From the NCBI GenBank assembly GCA_903884375.1, contig CAISER010000025.1, forward strand, positions 1,637 to 65,636: DNA of 64,000 nt. The letters run 5' to 3'. Source of the DNA: Candidatus Collierbacteria bacterium. GTDB lineage: Bacteria > Patescibacteriota > Microgenomatia > UBA1400 > MFAQ01. The translations under genes were made by a program, and so were the position numbers. Under the pieces are notes generated by a model. That model had not been told where the DNA came from. It was given only the letters and a program-made list of their open reading frames with translations, and ran no database searches. Below are positions 30,199 to 40,329 of this stretch, piece after piece. Each line of letters begins with the position of its first letter. Position 1 is the first letter of the stretch.

Positions 30199-33100
30199 TT
30201 ATTGATTTTGTTCTTCATTAGTAACACCCGCTTCAGCGGCCTCTTCCGAAACTTCTTCTTTTTCAATATCGGCCTCTTCTTCATCTTCAAAAGTGGCGGC
30301 TTGAAGTTCTTCGCTCATAGCTGTTGCTTCGGAAATTACAGCGGCAACTTCCGGTTTTATAGAAACGGCTTCTTCTTCTGCAACTTCAACTGAACCGGTG
30401 GGAACAATGGCAAGGCCAAGAGAATTTAATTCTTTAACAAGAACTTTAAAAGACTCTGGAACCGATGACATTGGAATGGTTTCGCCTTTAACTATTGATT
30501 CAAAAGCTTTGGAACGGCCAACTACATCGTCGGATTTGATTGTAAGCATTTCTTGAAGTGAGTAGGCAGCTTTGTGTGCTTCGAGAGCCCAGACCTCCAT
30601 TTCTCCCAAACGCTGACCACCCATTTGAGCTTTACCTCCTAATGGTTGCTGAGTAACAAGACTATAAGGTCCTATCGAACGGGCATGAGTCTTGTCTTCG
30701 ACCATGTGATTTAACTTGATGATGTAGGAAACACCAACAGCGGTTTCTGCTTCAAATGGTTCACCAGAACGACCGTCAAATAGTTGAATTTTCCCGGAAA
30801 CTGGAAGGTTGGCTTCTTTTAAGGCGTCAGCGATTTTGGCTTCAGATACATTTTCAAATACTGGAACAGAATAACGTTTGTTTAATTTACTTCCGGCAAA
30901 ACCGAGCTGAGCTTCAAGCAATTGACCTAAGTTCATACGAGCCAGTACGGAAAGCGGAGAAATAATAATATCAACAGGAGTACCATCAGCCATGTGAGGC
31001 ATATCGGCGGTGGAAACTATTTTACTGATAACTCCTTTATTTCCATGTCGTCCGGCGACTTTATCTCCAACGGTAATTTTTCTTAGTTGAGCAACTTTTA
31101 TTTTGATTTGTTTGATGACACCGGCGTCAAGTTCATCTCCCTCATCACGGTCTAAAATACGAACGGAGATAACGACTCCTTGTTCACCATGAGGCATACG
31201 AAGTGAGGTGTCTCTCACCTCTCTTGCCTTTTCACCAAAGATAGCACGAAGTAATCTTTCTTCTGCAGTAAGTTCAGTTTCTCCTTTGGGGGCAATTTTC
31301 CCGATAAGAATATCGTTTGGGCCAACAACGGATCCAATAGCGATAATCCCTTCGTGATCAAGATTTCGAAGGTCTGTTTCGGCAACATTAGGAATGTCTC
31401 GTGTCAACTCTTCAGGTCCTAGTTTGGTATCCATAACATCACAAGTGTGTTCGTGAATGTGAACTGAGGAGAGTAAATCCTGACTTACACAACGATCAGA
31501 AACAACAATGGCATCTTCATAACCCAAACCCTCAAAAGCGGCATAGGCGATTAAAAGATTTTGTCCAAGAGCTAGTTCACCTTTTTCAGCCGCAGGACCG
31601 TTGATAATAACATCACCTTTTTTAATTTTATCGCCAACATCAACGAGAGGATGTTGGTTGTAAGAAGTATCTTGAGAAGAGTTGTGATATTTTCTGATAT
31701 TGTAGGTAACTATGTCTTTGTTTATTTCGACAAAGCCATAATCAAAAGGCGAGATACTGGATGTAGCAGTTTTGGCATCAATATCAGAAAGTTTAAGAGA
31801 AATATGATCAGCATCAACAGAAATTACTTCGCCGGCAAAAAGAGATTTAATTGACCAACCCATACTTTGAGCAACAACGTTTTCCATACCTGTTCCAACG
31901 ATAGGAGCAGATGGTTTTACCAAGGGTAATGCTTGAGTTAGGTGGTGAGTGCCCATGAGAGCACGAGTGCCTTCGTCTTGTTGGATGAAAGGAATAAGAG
32001 AAGCAGAAGTACCAACAACCTGACGAGGAACGACATCGATATATTGAATTAAGTCAGCGTCAACTTCAATATATTTTCCTCTAAAACGAGCCGGAACCCA
32101 TTTTTGAGTGATGACGTCACCTTCACGTTCAATACCGGCATGAGTGATATAAGCATCTTCTTCGTCATCAGCAGCTAGATAAGTAATCTCTTTACCGATA
32201 ACCATTTTACTTTTACCTCCCTTGGTAATTTTTTCGACTTTAAGATAGGGTGATTCCAAGAAACCATAATCATTAACTCGGGTGTAGAGAGCAAGATAAG
32301 TAACCAAACCAATGTTTGGACCTTCTGGAGATCTAACCGGGCAGATACGAGAGTACTGAGAAGCATGAATATCACGCATGGAGAAACTGGCTCTTTCTCT
32401 GGTGATACCTCCCGGTCCCATAACGGAGATACGACGAAGGTTATCAATTTCGGATAATGGATTAACTTGATCAAGAATAGAAGAAAGTCTGTTTCGTCTA
32501 AAAAATTCAGTAATGGCAGAGATAATAGGACGAGGGTTAACAAAAGCGGCGGGGGTAGGAAGTTCATCTGGTTTGGCAAGAGACATCTTTTCTTTAATTG
32601 AACGTTCAAGCCTTAATAGTCCTGCCTTAAAAGCAGTTTGATTGACTAACTCGCCCACACAACGCAATCGACGATTAGCCAAGTGATCGATATCATCAAC
32701 CTTGCCATGACCGTTTTGTAAACCAATGAGATATTTAATAGAACCAACAAAATCATCGATGGTCAAAGTAATATGCTGTTTATCTACTGGAGTCGCTAAG
32801 CCAAGTTTACGACTCATCTTGTAACGACCGACAAGTCCTAGGTTGTAACGGCGAGAATCAAAAAACATTTGATGGAGTAAAGCTTTGGCATTTTCGAGAA
32901 CAGCCGGTTCACCGGGACGAACTTTTTGATAAAACTCGAGAAGAGCTTCTTCGGTGTTTGTAGTGGTGTCTTTTTGAAGAGTGGTGGCGATATATTGATG
33001 GTCTTTGTCGACATCAACGTCGGTAAAAAGTGCCAAAATTTCTTCGTTGGTACTAAAGCCTAATGCACGAAGTAGTGTGGTCGCAGATACTTTACGATGG

Positions 33101-33642
33101 CGGTCAATCCTGACAGAAACGTGATCATTACGACTGACAAGTACTTCCAACCAAGAACCGCGCATTGGCCGTATTTCAGCTTGGTGAATAGCACGACCAG
33201 AGTGAGGGTCAACTTCACGGGTGAAGTAGGCTCCTGGAGATCGAACTAACTGGTCAACGACTACACGTTCGACACCATTAATAATAAAGGTGCCTGTGGT
33301 TGTCATCATGGGAATATCGCCAAGGAAGATTTCCTGTTGCTGACTATCTTTTGAATGAAGGTTAGTAAGTTTGACGGTTGCCCAAAGAGGAGCTTCAAAA
33401 GTAACACCTTTTTCAATGGCTTGTTTGGGGGTTATTTTGGGAAGTCCAACACGATTGGAAAGAAATTCAAATTCAAAAACCTTACCAGTAAAATCTCTAA
33501 TTGGATTTAACTCGATCAACGATTCACGTATACCATCTTCGATAAATTGTTTGTATGAGTCTAATTGAATTTGAGTCAAATTCAATTCTGGTAATACCGG
33601 GTTTATAGTTCCCCAGTTTTCACGATTGGTTTGTTTATTCAT
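30199..33642 (-). CDS. rpoB: DNA-directed RNA polymerase subunit beta (acidic about 60-aa C-terminal tail)
   Basis: conserved beta-subunit blocks throughout; start placed at ATG MNKQTNRENWG... (ORF-track start at 33705 is a GTG and adds 21 residues with no similarity to beta N-termini). Confidence 0.93.
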   Translation of the reverse strand: MNKQTNRENWGTINPVLPELNLTQIQLDSYKQFIEDGIRESLIELNPIRDFTGKVFEFEFLSNRVGLPKITPKQAIEKGVTFEAPLWATVKLTNLHSKDSQQQEIFLGDIPMMTTTGTFIINGVERVVVDQLVRSPGAYFTREVDPHSGRAIHQAEIRPMRGSWLEVLVSRNDHVSVRIDRHRKVSATTLLRALGFSTNEEILALFTDVDVDKDHQYIATTLQKDTTTNTEEALLEFYQKVRPGEPAVLENAKALLHQMFFDSRRYNLGLVGRYKMSRKLGLATPVDKQHITLTIDDFVGSIKYLIGLQNGHGKVDDIDHLANRRLRCVGELVNQTAFKAGLLRLERSIKEKMSLAKPDELPTPAAFVNPRPIISAITEFFRRNRLSSILDQVNPLSEIDNLRRISVMGPGGITRERASFSMRDIHASQYSRICPVRSPEGPNIGLVTYLALYTRVNDYGFLESPYLKVEKITKGGKSKMVIGKEITYLAADDEEDAYITHAGIEREGDVITQKWVPARFRGKYIEVDADLIQYIDVVPRQVVGTSASLIPFIQQDEGTRALMGTHHLTQALPLVKPSAPIVGTGMENVVAQSMGWSIKSLFAGEVISVDADHISLKLSDIDAKTATSSISPFDYGFVEINKDIVTYNIRKYHNSSQDTSYNQHPLVDVGDKIKKGDVIINGPAAEKGELALGQNLLIAYAAFEGLGYEDAIVVSDRCVSQDLLSSVHIHEHTCDVMDTKLGPEELTRDIPNVAETDLRNLDHEGIIAIGSVVGPNDILIGKIAPKGETELTAEERLLRAIFGEKAREVRDTSLRMPHGEQGVVISVRILDRDEGDELDAGVIKQIKIKVAQLRKITVGDKVAGRHGNKGVISKIVSTADMPHMADGTPVDIIISPLSVLARMNLGQLLEAQLGFAGSKLNKRYSVPVFENVSEAKIADALKEANLPVSGKIQLFDGRSGEPFEAETAVGVSYIIKLNHMVEDKTHARSIGPYSLVTQQPLGGKAQMGGQRLGEMEVWALEAHKAAYSLQEMLTIKSDDVVGRSKAFESIVKGETIPMSSVPESFKVLVKELNSLGLAIVPTGSVEVAEEEAVSIKPEVAAVISEATAMSEELQAATFEDEEEADIEKEEVSEEAAEAGVTNEEQNQ

Positions 33643-33778
33643 CCGTTTTTGGATTGTAAGGAAAGCTAAATAACAATGGACAACATACAAAAACCTGACC
33701 GACACAAAATCCAGCCAAGTTTATAGCAGTGGCACAAGGATATCATAATATTGAGGCCGTTGTCAACCTGGAAATTTC

Positions 33779-34768
33779 TTAATTATTACAGTCTTTTTGA
33801 AGATAGACACAAATGTTATTGTGGTGCTGTTCTATTGTATTGGCAAAGTGAATAATGCCTTTTGTATCATGAAGATAAAACCAGGCAGAAGTTTTTTTAG
33901 GAGAAGCTGCAGCTTTTATGGCAGCGGCGCCAGGATTACATATTGGTTTTGGTGGTAGACCTTGATTTTGATATGTATTGTAGAGAGATTTTATTTGAAG
34001 ATCGGTATTTGAAAGACTTTTAGGCCACCAGTCACAGACTAAGTTTTTGCATCGGGCGGAAGAAAGAGCAAACTGAATAGTGGCATCAATCTGAAGAGGC
34101 CATTTGGCAGCGAGTCTGTTTTCTATTACTCCGGCAATTTCAGGCATTTCTTCTGCTGTGGCGGCTTCCCTTTCTAGAAGTGAAGCTAATATAAGAATAC
34201 TGTTTTGATCTTGTATATTAATTTTCGCTTCATTTAATACATCATTAAATCGGTTTTCCAAACGAGTGATAATGTCCGAAGTGCTGTCTTTGGGATCAAA
34301 ATCGTAAGTATCTGGAAATAACTTGCCTTCTTTGTTTTCAGTTTGATTCATAAATTCCGTCAAGGAAAAAGTTTTTCCTTCAATGTTTTTGAAGGCGTTG
34401 TCAAAAATGAGAGCGATTTCTTGGCGTCTTAAACCTTCCGGAATTGTAACTCTAACTTGTTTGGTACTGGCATGAGTGAGTGCTTTGGCAATGTCGGTAA
34501 TACTCATATTGGGAGAAAGACGAAAATATCCGGCTTGGACATTACTGCTAATTCCCATGGTAACAACGGTAATTTTAAATGCACTTCTGGATCTTATTAA
34601 TTGTTTGGTGCTTAGTTCCTGACCGATGCGATCGATACCCCATCCTGACACAATTTCGAACTCGACAGAAGGCAGCTGTTTGTACGTAACCGGTCTAGTG
34701 GCAAGGTAAAACCAACCAAAAAATGCGATGGCGATAAAAACAAGGGCGATAAAAAGACGTTTAAACAT
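33779..34768 (-). CDS. mltG: endolytic murein transglycosylase MltG (YceG-like)
   Basis: N-terminal TM anchor then YceG-like domain; 329 aa. Confidence 0.7.
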   Translation of the reverse strand: MFKRLFIALVFIAIAFFGWFYLATRPVTYKQLPSVEFEIVSGWGIDRIGQELSTKQLIRSRSAFKITVVTMGISSNVQAGYFRLSPNMSITDIAKALTHASTKQVRVTIPEGLRRQEIALIFDNAFKNIEGKTFSLTEFMNQTENKEGKLFPDTYDFDPKDSTSDIITRLENRFNDVLNEAKINIQDQNSILILASLLEREAATAEEMPEIAGVIENRLAAKWPLQIDATIQFALSSARCKNLVCDWWPKSLSNTDLQIKSLYNTYQNQGLPPKPICNPGAAAIKAAASPKKTSAWFYLHDTKGIIHFANTIEQHHNNICVYLQKDCNN

Positions 34769-34772
34769 GTGA

Positions 34773-34979
34773 CTAAACTTCGCTTAAAAGGGCACGTCTG
34801 TAGGTTTTTGTCTTTGGGTTATAGATAAAAATACGGCCACATTTACAAGTAACCTGATTGCATCCTTTTATTTTATTTGAAGGAGTACTTTCGCCTTCAA
34901 TTAAAGGTGTGCCACAACCAACGCAGGAACCCTTGGAAAGAAGCCAGGCTTGAACCGGAGCAATAATATTCTTAAACAT
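34773..34979 (-). CDS. small zinc-ribbon protein (CxxC ... CxC), function unknown
   Basis: CVGCGTPL ... CNQVTCKCGRIF; 68 aa; 4 nt from mltG. Confidence 0.5.
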   Translation of the reverse strand: MFKNIIAPVQAWLLSKGSCVGCGTPLIEGESTPSNKIKGCNQVTCKCGRIFIYNPKTKTYRRALLSEV

Positions 34980-35001
34980 ATTTATATTGTATCAGTAGTG
35001 A

Positions 35002-35400
35002 TTATGACAAAAGATTTTCGAGGTAATCTTCCAGAATAATGGCGGCGGCGGTTTGATGTTCACTTTTTTTTCTTTTGACGATGGTTTTTCCGGTTACTTT
35101 TAAAAGACTTCTCGCTGAACGAGAAGAAAGATCTTCGGAAAAGAGAACTATCTCGCCGGAGAAAATTTTTTCCAGTTCGGATTTGACGGCATCAGCATAC
35201 TCAACCAATGGACCATGAGGGGGAATGCCGATAACAATAGTATCAGGATGGGTCTTGACGATTAAGGGGAGAAGTTTACCTATGAGCTTATCAATCTTTG
35301 ATTCAAAGATTGTCGCCAAAGGTTCTGCCAATATTCCTTCACGAGAAATGGCTAAACCGGTGTGGACAGTACCGACATCAAGACAAAGAATTGTGGGCAT
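35002..35400 (-). CDS. ruvX: putative pre-16S rRNA nuclease / Holliday-junction resolvase-like YqgF (RuvX)
   Basis: MPTILCLDVGTVHTGLAIS RNase H-fold N-terminus. Confidence 0.8.
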   Translation of the reverse strand: MPTILCLDVGTVHTGLAISREGILAEPLATIFESKIDKLIGKLLPLIVKTHPDTIVIGIPPHGPLVEYADAVKSELEKIFSGEIVLFSEDLSSRSARSLLKVTGKTIVKRKKSEHQTAAAIILEDYLENLLS

Positions 35401-35502
35401 AATTTATTATAGTGTAGATGATTATCCCATCTTTTCTTTCCCTGTCCATTATTCCTTTATCTATCGGCTCAAAGAGTGTTAGAAATAATTTAGCGAGGGA
35501 GG

Positions 35503-36255
35503 TTAGTTTTCGATTAAGGAACCCTCAACTACCAAGCGACGTAGTGTGGTTCCAGGAGGGACACAGGTCACTACTTTTATCGTTTTGGAATTGTAATTTT
35601 GTTTTAATACCCAGAGTTCAGAGGGTTTTACTTCAATTACTTTGGTAACCCGGTAGGTGTACTCTTTGTCATTGTATTTGACGAATATGTCCGAGCCAGG
35701 TTTTATTTTTGGAAGATTGGAAAAAATAGTGGTGTATTTTTGTGCATCAAAAAATTGGGGAAGGGTGGAATGGCCAAAAATAACCGGTGAGCCGACCTGC
35801 CCAGGAAGAGCTGTTTGAGGATACTGAACCAGATGTTTAGTAAGATCTTCATCAAAAAGACTAACTTTTGCTTCTGCTAGACCGAGAGAGGGAATCGAAA
35901 TGGTATAAAATTCCGGAATTTCTCCATCATTTTCGATAGGTGAATTGAAAAGCTGATTTTGAGTACTACCTGGGAACCAACTACTGGCTTTGGTGTAGTC
36001 TAAATCACTTAATACTTTGGGTTCACTATCCGAATTTGCTTTTGATTCGTAGTAAACAGGTGACAACAAACCTTGGTCTTTTGAGTTGAAAAGATTTATA
36101 TCTTTAAGCTGATAACTGACAACCGGATAAATAACTGCACCAAGAATCCCAAGCCCCAAAGCAGAAATTAGAGTAGGAATTGTTTTTAGATAGATAGGAA
36201 TTTTTTTCCCGGGATGCGGATTTTTTGCCGTAGCCTTTTTGTACCCGTAGAGCAT
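35503..36255 (-). CDS. sortase-family transpeptidase with N-terminal membrane anchor
   Basis: catalytic His context VIFGHSTL and TLxTC-like motif IKVVTCVPPGTTLRRLVV near C-terminus. Confidence 0.7.
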   Translation of the reverse strand: MLYGYKKATAKNPHPGKKIPIYLKTIPTLISALGLGILGAVIYPVVSYQLKDINLFNSKDQGLLSPVYYESKANSDSEPKVLSDLDYTKASSWFPGSTQNQLFNSPIENDGEIPEFYTISIPSLGLAEAKVSLFDEDLTKHLVQYPQTALPGQVGSPVIFGHSTLPQFFDAQKYTTIFSNLPKIKPGSDIFVKYNDKEYTYRVTKVIEVKPSELWVLKQNYNSKTIKVVTCVPPGTTLRRLVVEGSLIEN

Positions 36256-36256
36256 A

Positions 36257-38434
36257 TTATTTCTCTTTCAGCTCAAACTTGATGTTTTTTAGAGGAATAT
36301 AGTTGGCAAAAACAGGAATTTTGGGAGATATTCTGATGGTCAGATGGTCAAAACCTTGGATTGTGGTAAAAAAAGGACGAATATCGGCGGCCGGTTTCCC
36401 TTTGATAAATCCAGCAGTTTTTATCTCATCAATTTTAGGAAAAAGACTGGTTTCCACATTTATTTTGGCTTCATAGAAACTTCCTTTATTGGTGGGAGTT
36501 TCAAGTTTCATGGAAGTGTTACCGGGAAAAATTTCCGAACCGGAAGAAATTTTTGGAGAAAGCTGATTCGAAACTAACTGAAATAATCCGTCTTCGGAAT
36601 AAACAAGTGTTTCAACAGAACCTTCTAAATCAAGGTTGAGAACGGTGGCTTCTTCACCAACATTTTTATCAAAAGTTTTTTTGGTATAGGTAAAATCAGA
36701 CAGGGCTAAGGATTTATAACCCGTTGTTTGATCCCCTGTCGATGATTGAATCTGGGACGTTATCTTTTCACCAGCGATTTGAAGTAATTTTTCTTGATCA
36801 ATTTTCGAAACTGCTTGAACAGCTCTCGACGTACCACCGGAAAAGTCTGAGTCCGCCACAGCTACAATGGTGTTTTTTGAGTAGTTATCAACTGAAAAAG
36901 CAGAATTTTTGGGTAGATTGTGATCGGCACCAATTTTAGTAGCAGTTACTTTTACGCCTGAGGCAATTCCATAAGCACCCTGAACAATACCGACATCGGC
37001 GCTTTTGGAAGCGATGGTAATAGCCTCAGTAATGAGATAAGAATATTTGCCATTATCAGATAAGATTGAAGCACCTGATTTTAGAATAATCGGAGCAGTT
37101 GATTTGTTGGCGACAGTGATAATACCATTAGCTTTATCACCAACTGTTGCTTCTCCAGTGGTTGGAATTTGTTCTTTGGCGGAACCGAAAACTGTTTTTT
37201 TGGTGGCAAGTAGAGTTGGCGAACCGGAAATAGTGCTCTCGGCTATTGAAATTGAAAATTGATCGTTAATTTTTTCAGGTTTGAAATATATAGAGATGAT
37301 TGCTTGGCCGGTAAAAAGATAAAAAACAAAGCCTAAAATCAAAAATGCGGGAATAATAAGAAGATATAACCAGGAAAATTTACTTATTTTTAAGTTTGGA
37401 AAGTGAAATTTGGGTAATGAAGGAAGGGGTAGGGTATATTTTTGTTTGGGAGTTTTTATAAGAAGCGGTTCTTCGGGTTCAATAGCATATTCCGATTCTT
37501 CAGGTTCCGTTACCGATTCTATAATTGGCTCGGGCGGAGCTTTTTCAAGTGAGTCTGGAGCGGTTGATTCTTCGTAAGAAAAACCCAATTCACTTATAGA
37601 AGATGGTGTAACTTCGGGGATATAAATATTTGTTTCTTCTCGCGGAAGACTTTCTTCGTGAGTGTCTTCGATAACTTGCCCGGTAAGGTACTGAACAGCT
37701 TCGGTTCCTCCGGTGAGAGCAATGGCTTTAATACTAAAATCAACTGCCAATACTTCAACTTTTGGCATGTGCTGAAAAGGAAGGCGTTCTTGCCACGGAT
37801 GTGAAGTTATTCGTTGTTCCTCTTCTTCCAAGACTCCACCGTTAGTGAGAATAAAACGAGTGGGAAGTTTTTCGTGGCCGATCACGGTAAGCCCTTCTTC
37901 TACATCTTGTGCGAGGTCATCTGACCTTGCAGCTTCTTCTGAAGAAGTAATTTCACCTTTTTCTATAATTGAAACAACAACTTTGGTGGTATAAATCTCT
38001 AACAGAATAGCTGTCGGAGGAATACCTTCAAGTTTTTTCATGTAATGGGCAATTGCCGAGTTTATGGGAACCATACCAATCGGGTTAAGGCCCAACTCTT
38101 TTACCAGTCTGGCAATAAGTTTCGTTTTTGAAGGATGTATTTTGCCGTCATGTATCCAAGAATCCGGCAAACCAAAAATGACTTTACGCGGTTCTGCTTT
38201 AATTATTTTGACAGCTTGTTCGAGAGAGGCATCAACACCATTAATAAGTGAGTCTTCATCGGTCCAAGACTCAAATGAACCGACACTTACAACCGAAGGA
38301 TTGCCATTGGCAATTTCCCAAAGGGCGGTTTTGATTAAAGATTCATGGATTTCGATGGCCAAAAAATATTCCGGTTCTGTGGATTTTGATTTGTTCCCAA
38401 ATAGATTTACAAGATTCATGACGACAGTCGTCAA
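36257..38434 (-). CDS. fusion protein: cytoplasmic FtsA/PilM-like actin-fold domain, acidic Pro/Glu linker, single TM helix, about 350-aa extracytoplasmic beta-rich domain
   Basis: N-terminal YFLAIEIHESLIKTALWE...VVSVGSFE resembles FtsA/PilM phosphate-1 region; TM FSWLYLLIIPAFLILGFVFYLF; translationally coupled (ATGA) to alaS; next to sortase. Confidence 0.5.
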   Translation of the reverse strand: MTTVVMNLVNLFGNKSKSTEPEYFLAIEIHESLIKTALWEIANGNPSVVSVGSFESWTDEDSLINGVDASLEQAVKIIKAEPRKVIFGLPDSWIHDGKIHPSKTKLIARLVKELGLNPIGMVPINSAIAHYMKKLEGIPPTAILLEIYTTKVVVSIIEKGEITSSEEAARSDDLAQDVEEGLTVIGHEKLPTRFILTNGGVLEEEEQRITSHPWQERLPFQHMPKVEVLAVDFSIKAIALTGGTEAVQYLTGQVIEDTHEESLPREETNIYIPEVTPSSISELGFSYEESTAPDSLEKAPPEPIIESVTEPEESEYAIEPEEPLLIKTPKQKYTLPLPSLPKFHFPNLKISKFSWLYLLIIPAFLILGFVFYLFTGQAIISIYFKPEKINDQFSISIAESTISGSPTLLATKKTVFGSAKEQIPTTGEATVGDKANGIITVANKSTAPIILKSGASILSDNGKYSYLITEAITIASKSADVGIVQGAYGIASGVKVTATKIGADHNLPKNSAFSVDNYSKNTIVAVADSDFSGGTSRAVQAVSKIDQEKLLQIAGEKITSQIQSSTGDQTTGYKSLALSDFTYTKKTFDKNVGEEATVLNLDLEGSVETLVYSEDGLFQLVSNQLSPKISSGSEIFPGNTSMKLETPTNKGSFYEAKINVETSLFPKIDEIKTAGFIKGKPAADIRPFFTTIQGFDHLTIRISPKIPVFANYIPLKNIKFELKEK

Positions 38435-40269
38435 ACAAATTGTAAATAAAGGCGGCGTGTCCCTGCGCCAAGCGACTCTTGTTTGACTATCTTTATCTTA
38501 GCAAGTTCTTCAGTGTTCGTCACGTGGGGACCTCCACAAATCTCTTTGGAAAACGGATTATTTTTGTTCCCGATGGTGTAGACACTAACAATATCAGGAT
38601 ATTTTTGTCCAAAAAAGGCCATGGCACCTTCTTTTATTGCTTTTTCTTTAGGCATTTCTTCGCGGGTGACCGCTTGTTTTTCTGCGATAGTTTTATTAAT
38701 TAATTCTTCGACCTGTAGGAGCTCTCCGTCTGTTAATTTTTCTGGGTGAGAAAAATCAAACCTTAGTCTTTGCGCTGTTAAATTTGAACCTTTTTGACCA
38801 ATATGGTTTCCAAGTATTTGACGTAGAGCCGAGTGAAGAAGATGAGTAACAGTATGATAAGCGGTGACTGTTTTTGAGTTGTCTTCAAGACCACCCTTAA
38901 ACATACCAACAGAAGCAGTCCGACTAAGTTCTTTGTGTTTTTCAAATTCGGTTTCAAATTGATTGGTATCGATTTTAATATCCATTTGAGACAAAATCTC
39001 TGTGGTAATTTCAATGGGGAAACCGTAGTTTTGGTAAAGGTCAAAGGCTGTTTTCCCATCAATGTGGGGGTTTTTTTGAAGTTCTTTAATTCCTTTATCG
39101 AGTGAGAAACCAAATTTTTTTATTTCTACCCTTATCGTTTCAAAAATAACCGGAATATCTTTTTTTATTTCAAAATATATGGGTGAGTAAAATTGACAGA
39201 CAAGTGAACTTATTGGAGCCATCTTTTCCAGTATTTCGAGATTGCCTGTAAGAAAATACATTTTTACAGCTGCGCGGCGAAGTAGTCTTCTTAAAACATA
39301 GCCTTGAGCTTTATTTGTGGGGAAAACTCCGTCTTTAATCAAAAAAGTTGCAGCAGTTAAATGGTCTGCAATAACTCGCATTGAGGGCTGATTGATAACA
39401 TCAGAGTAAGACTTACCAGATATTTTTTCGATTTCTTGAATCAGGGGGTATAGGCTGCTAATTTTAAACATATCCGGTTCGGAATTGGTAACTGCTTCGA
39501 GTCTGGTAAGCCCACCACCAAAATCAATATTTTTTCGAGGAAGCTCCACCAAAGAACCGTCTTCATTTTTAATATATTGCATAAAAACAGAATTACCAAT
39601 TTCCAAGAAACGTCCACATTCACAGTTGGGGTGACATTTTTCATTTTTAAATGGTGATTTTTCATGAAGCAGACGATTTTCACCAAAATCAAAGAAAACT
39701 TCAGAATCTGGACCGCCTGGTTCACCTGGGGGCATATTTTCCGGCACCCCTGCTCTAGACCACCAATTTTTATTTGACTGATAGGCAAAAATGCGCTCAC
39801 CTTCTTTTGCCGTAAGACCGACTTTTTTAAATAAATCTTGCCAGATGGCAATTGATTCAATATCCTTACCCACTCCAGAACCACCCCCAAATACCGTGAT
39901 AAATAATTTTTTAGGGTCAAGACCAAGACCTTCATCTTTTTTTGTTAAAAATGTAAAAAACCATTCGAGCTGTTTGTCTTTAAAATAATCGCCTAAAGAC
40001 CAGTTCCCTAACATTTCAAAAAAAGTGGTATGACGATTATCACCAATTTCATCAATGTCACCAGAACGGAAACATTTTTGAGAATCAACCAGACGGGTAC
40101 CAAGGGGATGTTTTTGACCTAATAGATAAGGCATCATGGGTTGCATCCCAGCGGAAGTAAAGAGAGTAGTGGCGTCACCTTCTGGAACTAACGAAGAAGA
40201 GGGAATAATGGAATGACCTCGTTTTTCCATAAATAAGAGATATTTCTGCCTTATTTCATTGATGGTCAT
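38431..40269 (-). CDS. alaS: alanine--tRNA ligase, short form (catalytic, tRNA-recognition and editing domains; no C-Ala domain)
   Basis: FTSAGMQPMMPYLLG, FEMLGNWSLGDYFK, editing-site HTVTHLLHSAL and CGGPHV motifs; 612 aa. Confidence 0.88.
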   Translation of the reverse strand: MTINEIRQKYLLFMEKRGHSIIPSSSLVPEGDATTLFTSAGMQPMMPYLLGQKHPLGTRLVDSQKCFRSGDIDEIGDNRHTTFFEMLGNWSLGDYFKDKQLEWFFTFLTKKDEGLGLDPKKLFITVFGGGSGVGKDIESIAIWQDLFKKVGLTAKEGERIFAYQSNKNWWSRAGVPENMPPGEPGGPDSEVFFDFGENRLLHEKSPFKNEKCHPNCECGRFLEIGNSVFMQYIKNEDGSLVELPRKNIDFGGGLTRLEAVTNSEPDMFKISSLYPLIQEIEKISGKSYSDVINQPSMRVIADHLTAATFLIKDGVFPTNKAQGYVLRRLLRRAAVKMYFLTGNLEILEKMAPISSLVCQFYSPIYFEIKKDIPVIFETIRVEIKKFGFSLDKGIKELQKNPHIDGKTAFDLYQNYGFPIEITTEILSQMDIKIDTNQFETEFEKHKELSRTASVGMFKGGLEDNSKTVTAYHTVTHLLHSALRQILGNHIGQKGSNLTAQRLRFDFSHPEKLTDGELLQVEELINKTIAEKQAVTREEMPKEKAIKEGAMAFFGQKYPDIVSVYTIGNKNNPFSKEICGGPHVTNTEELAKIKIVKQESLGAGTRRLYLQFV

Positions 40270-40329
40270 TTGAATATGAATTATAACAAGCTCTTTAAGA
40301 GAAAGTATAAGTAAAAGAATCCTGATTCA

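Noticed and set aside
32175-32609. 144-aa minus-strand ORF
   Set aside because: Alternative frame inside rpoB.
33744-33766. Perfect TTGACA (-35) upstream of rpoB on the minus strand
   Set aside because: No acceptable -10 at 16-18 nt spacing (TATTAT lies only 10 nt away); cannot support a promoter call.
39441-39935. 164-aa minus-strand ORF
   Set aside because: Alternative frame inside alaS; alaS frame has clear catalytic motifs.
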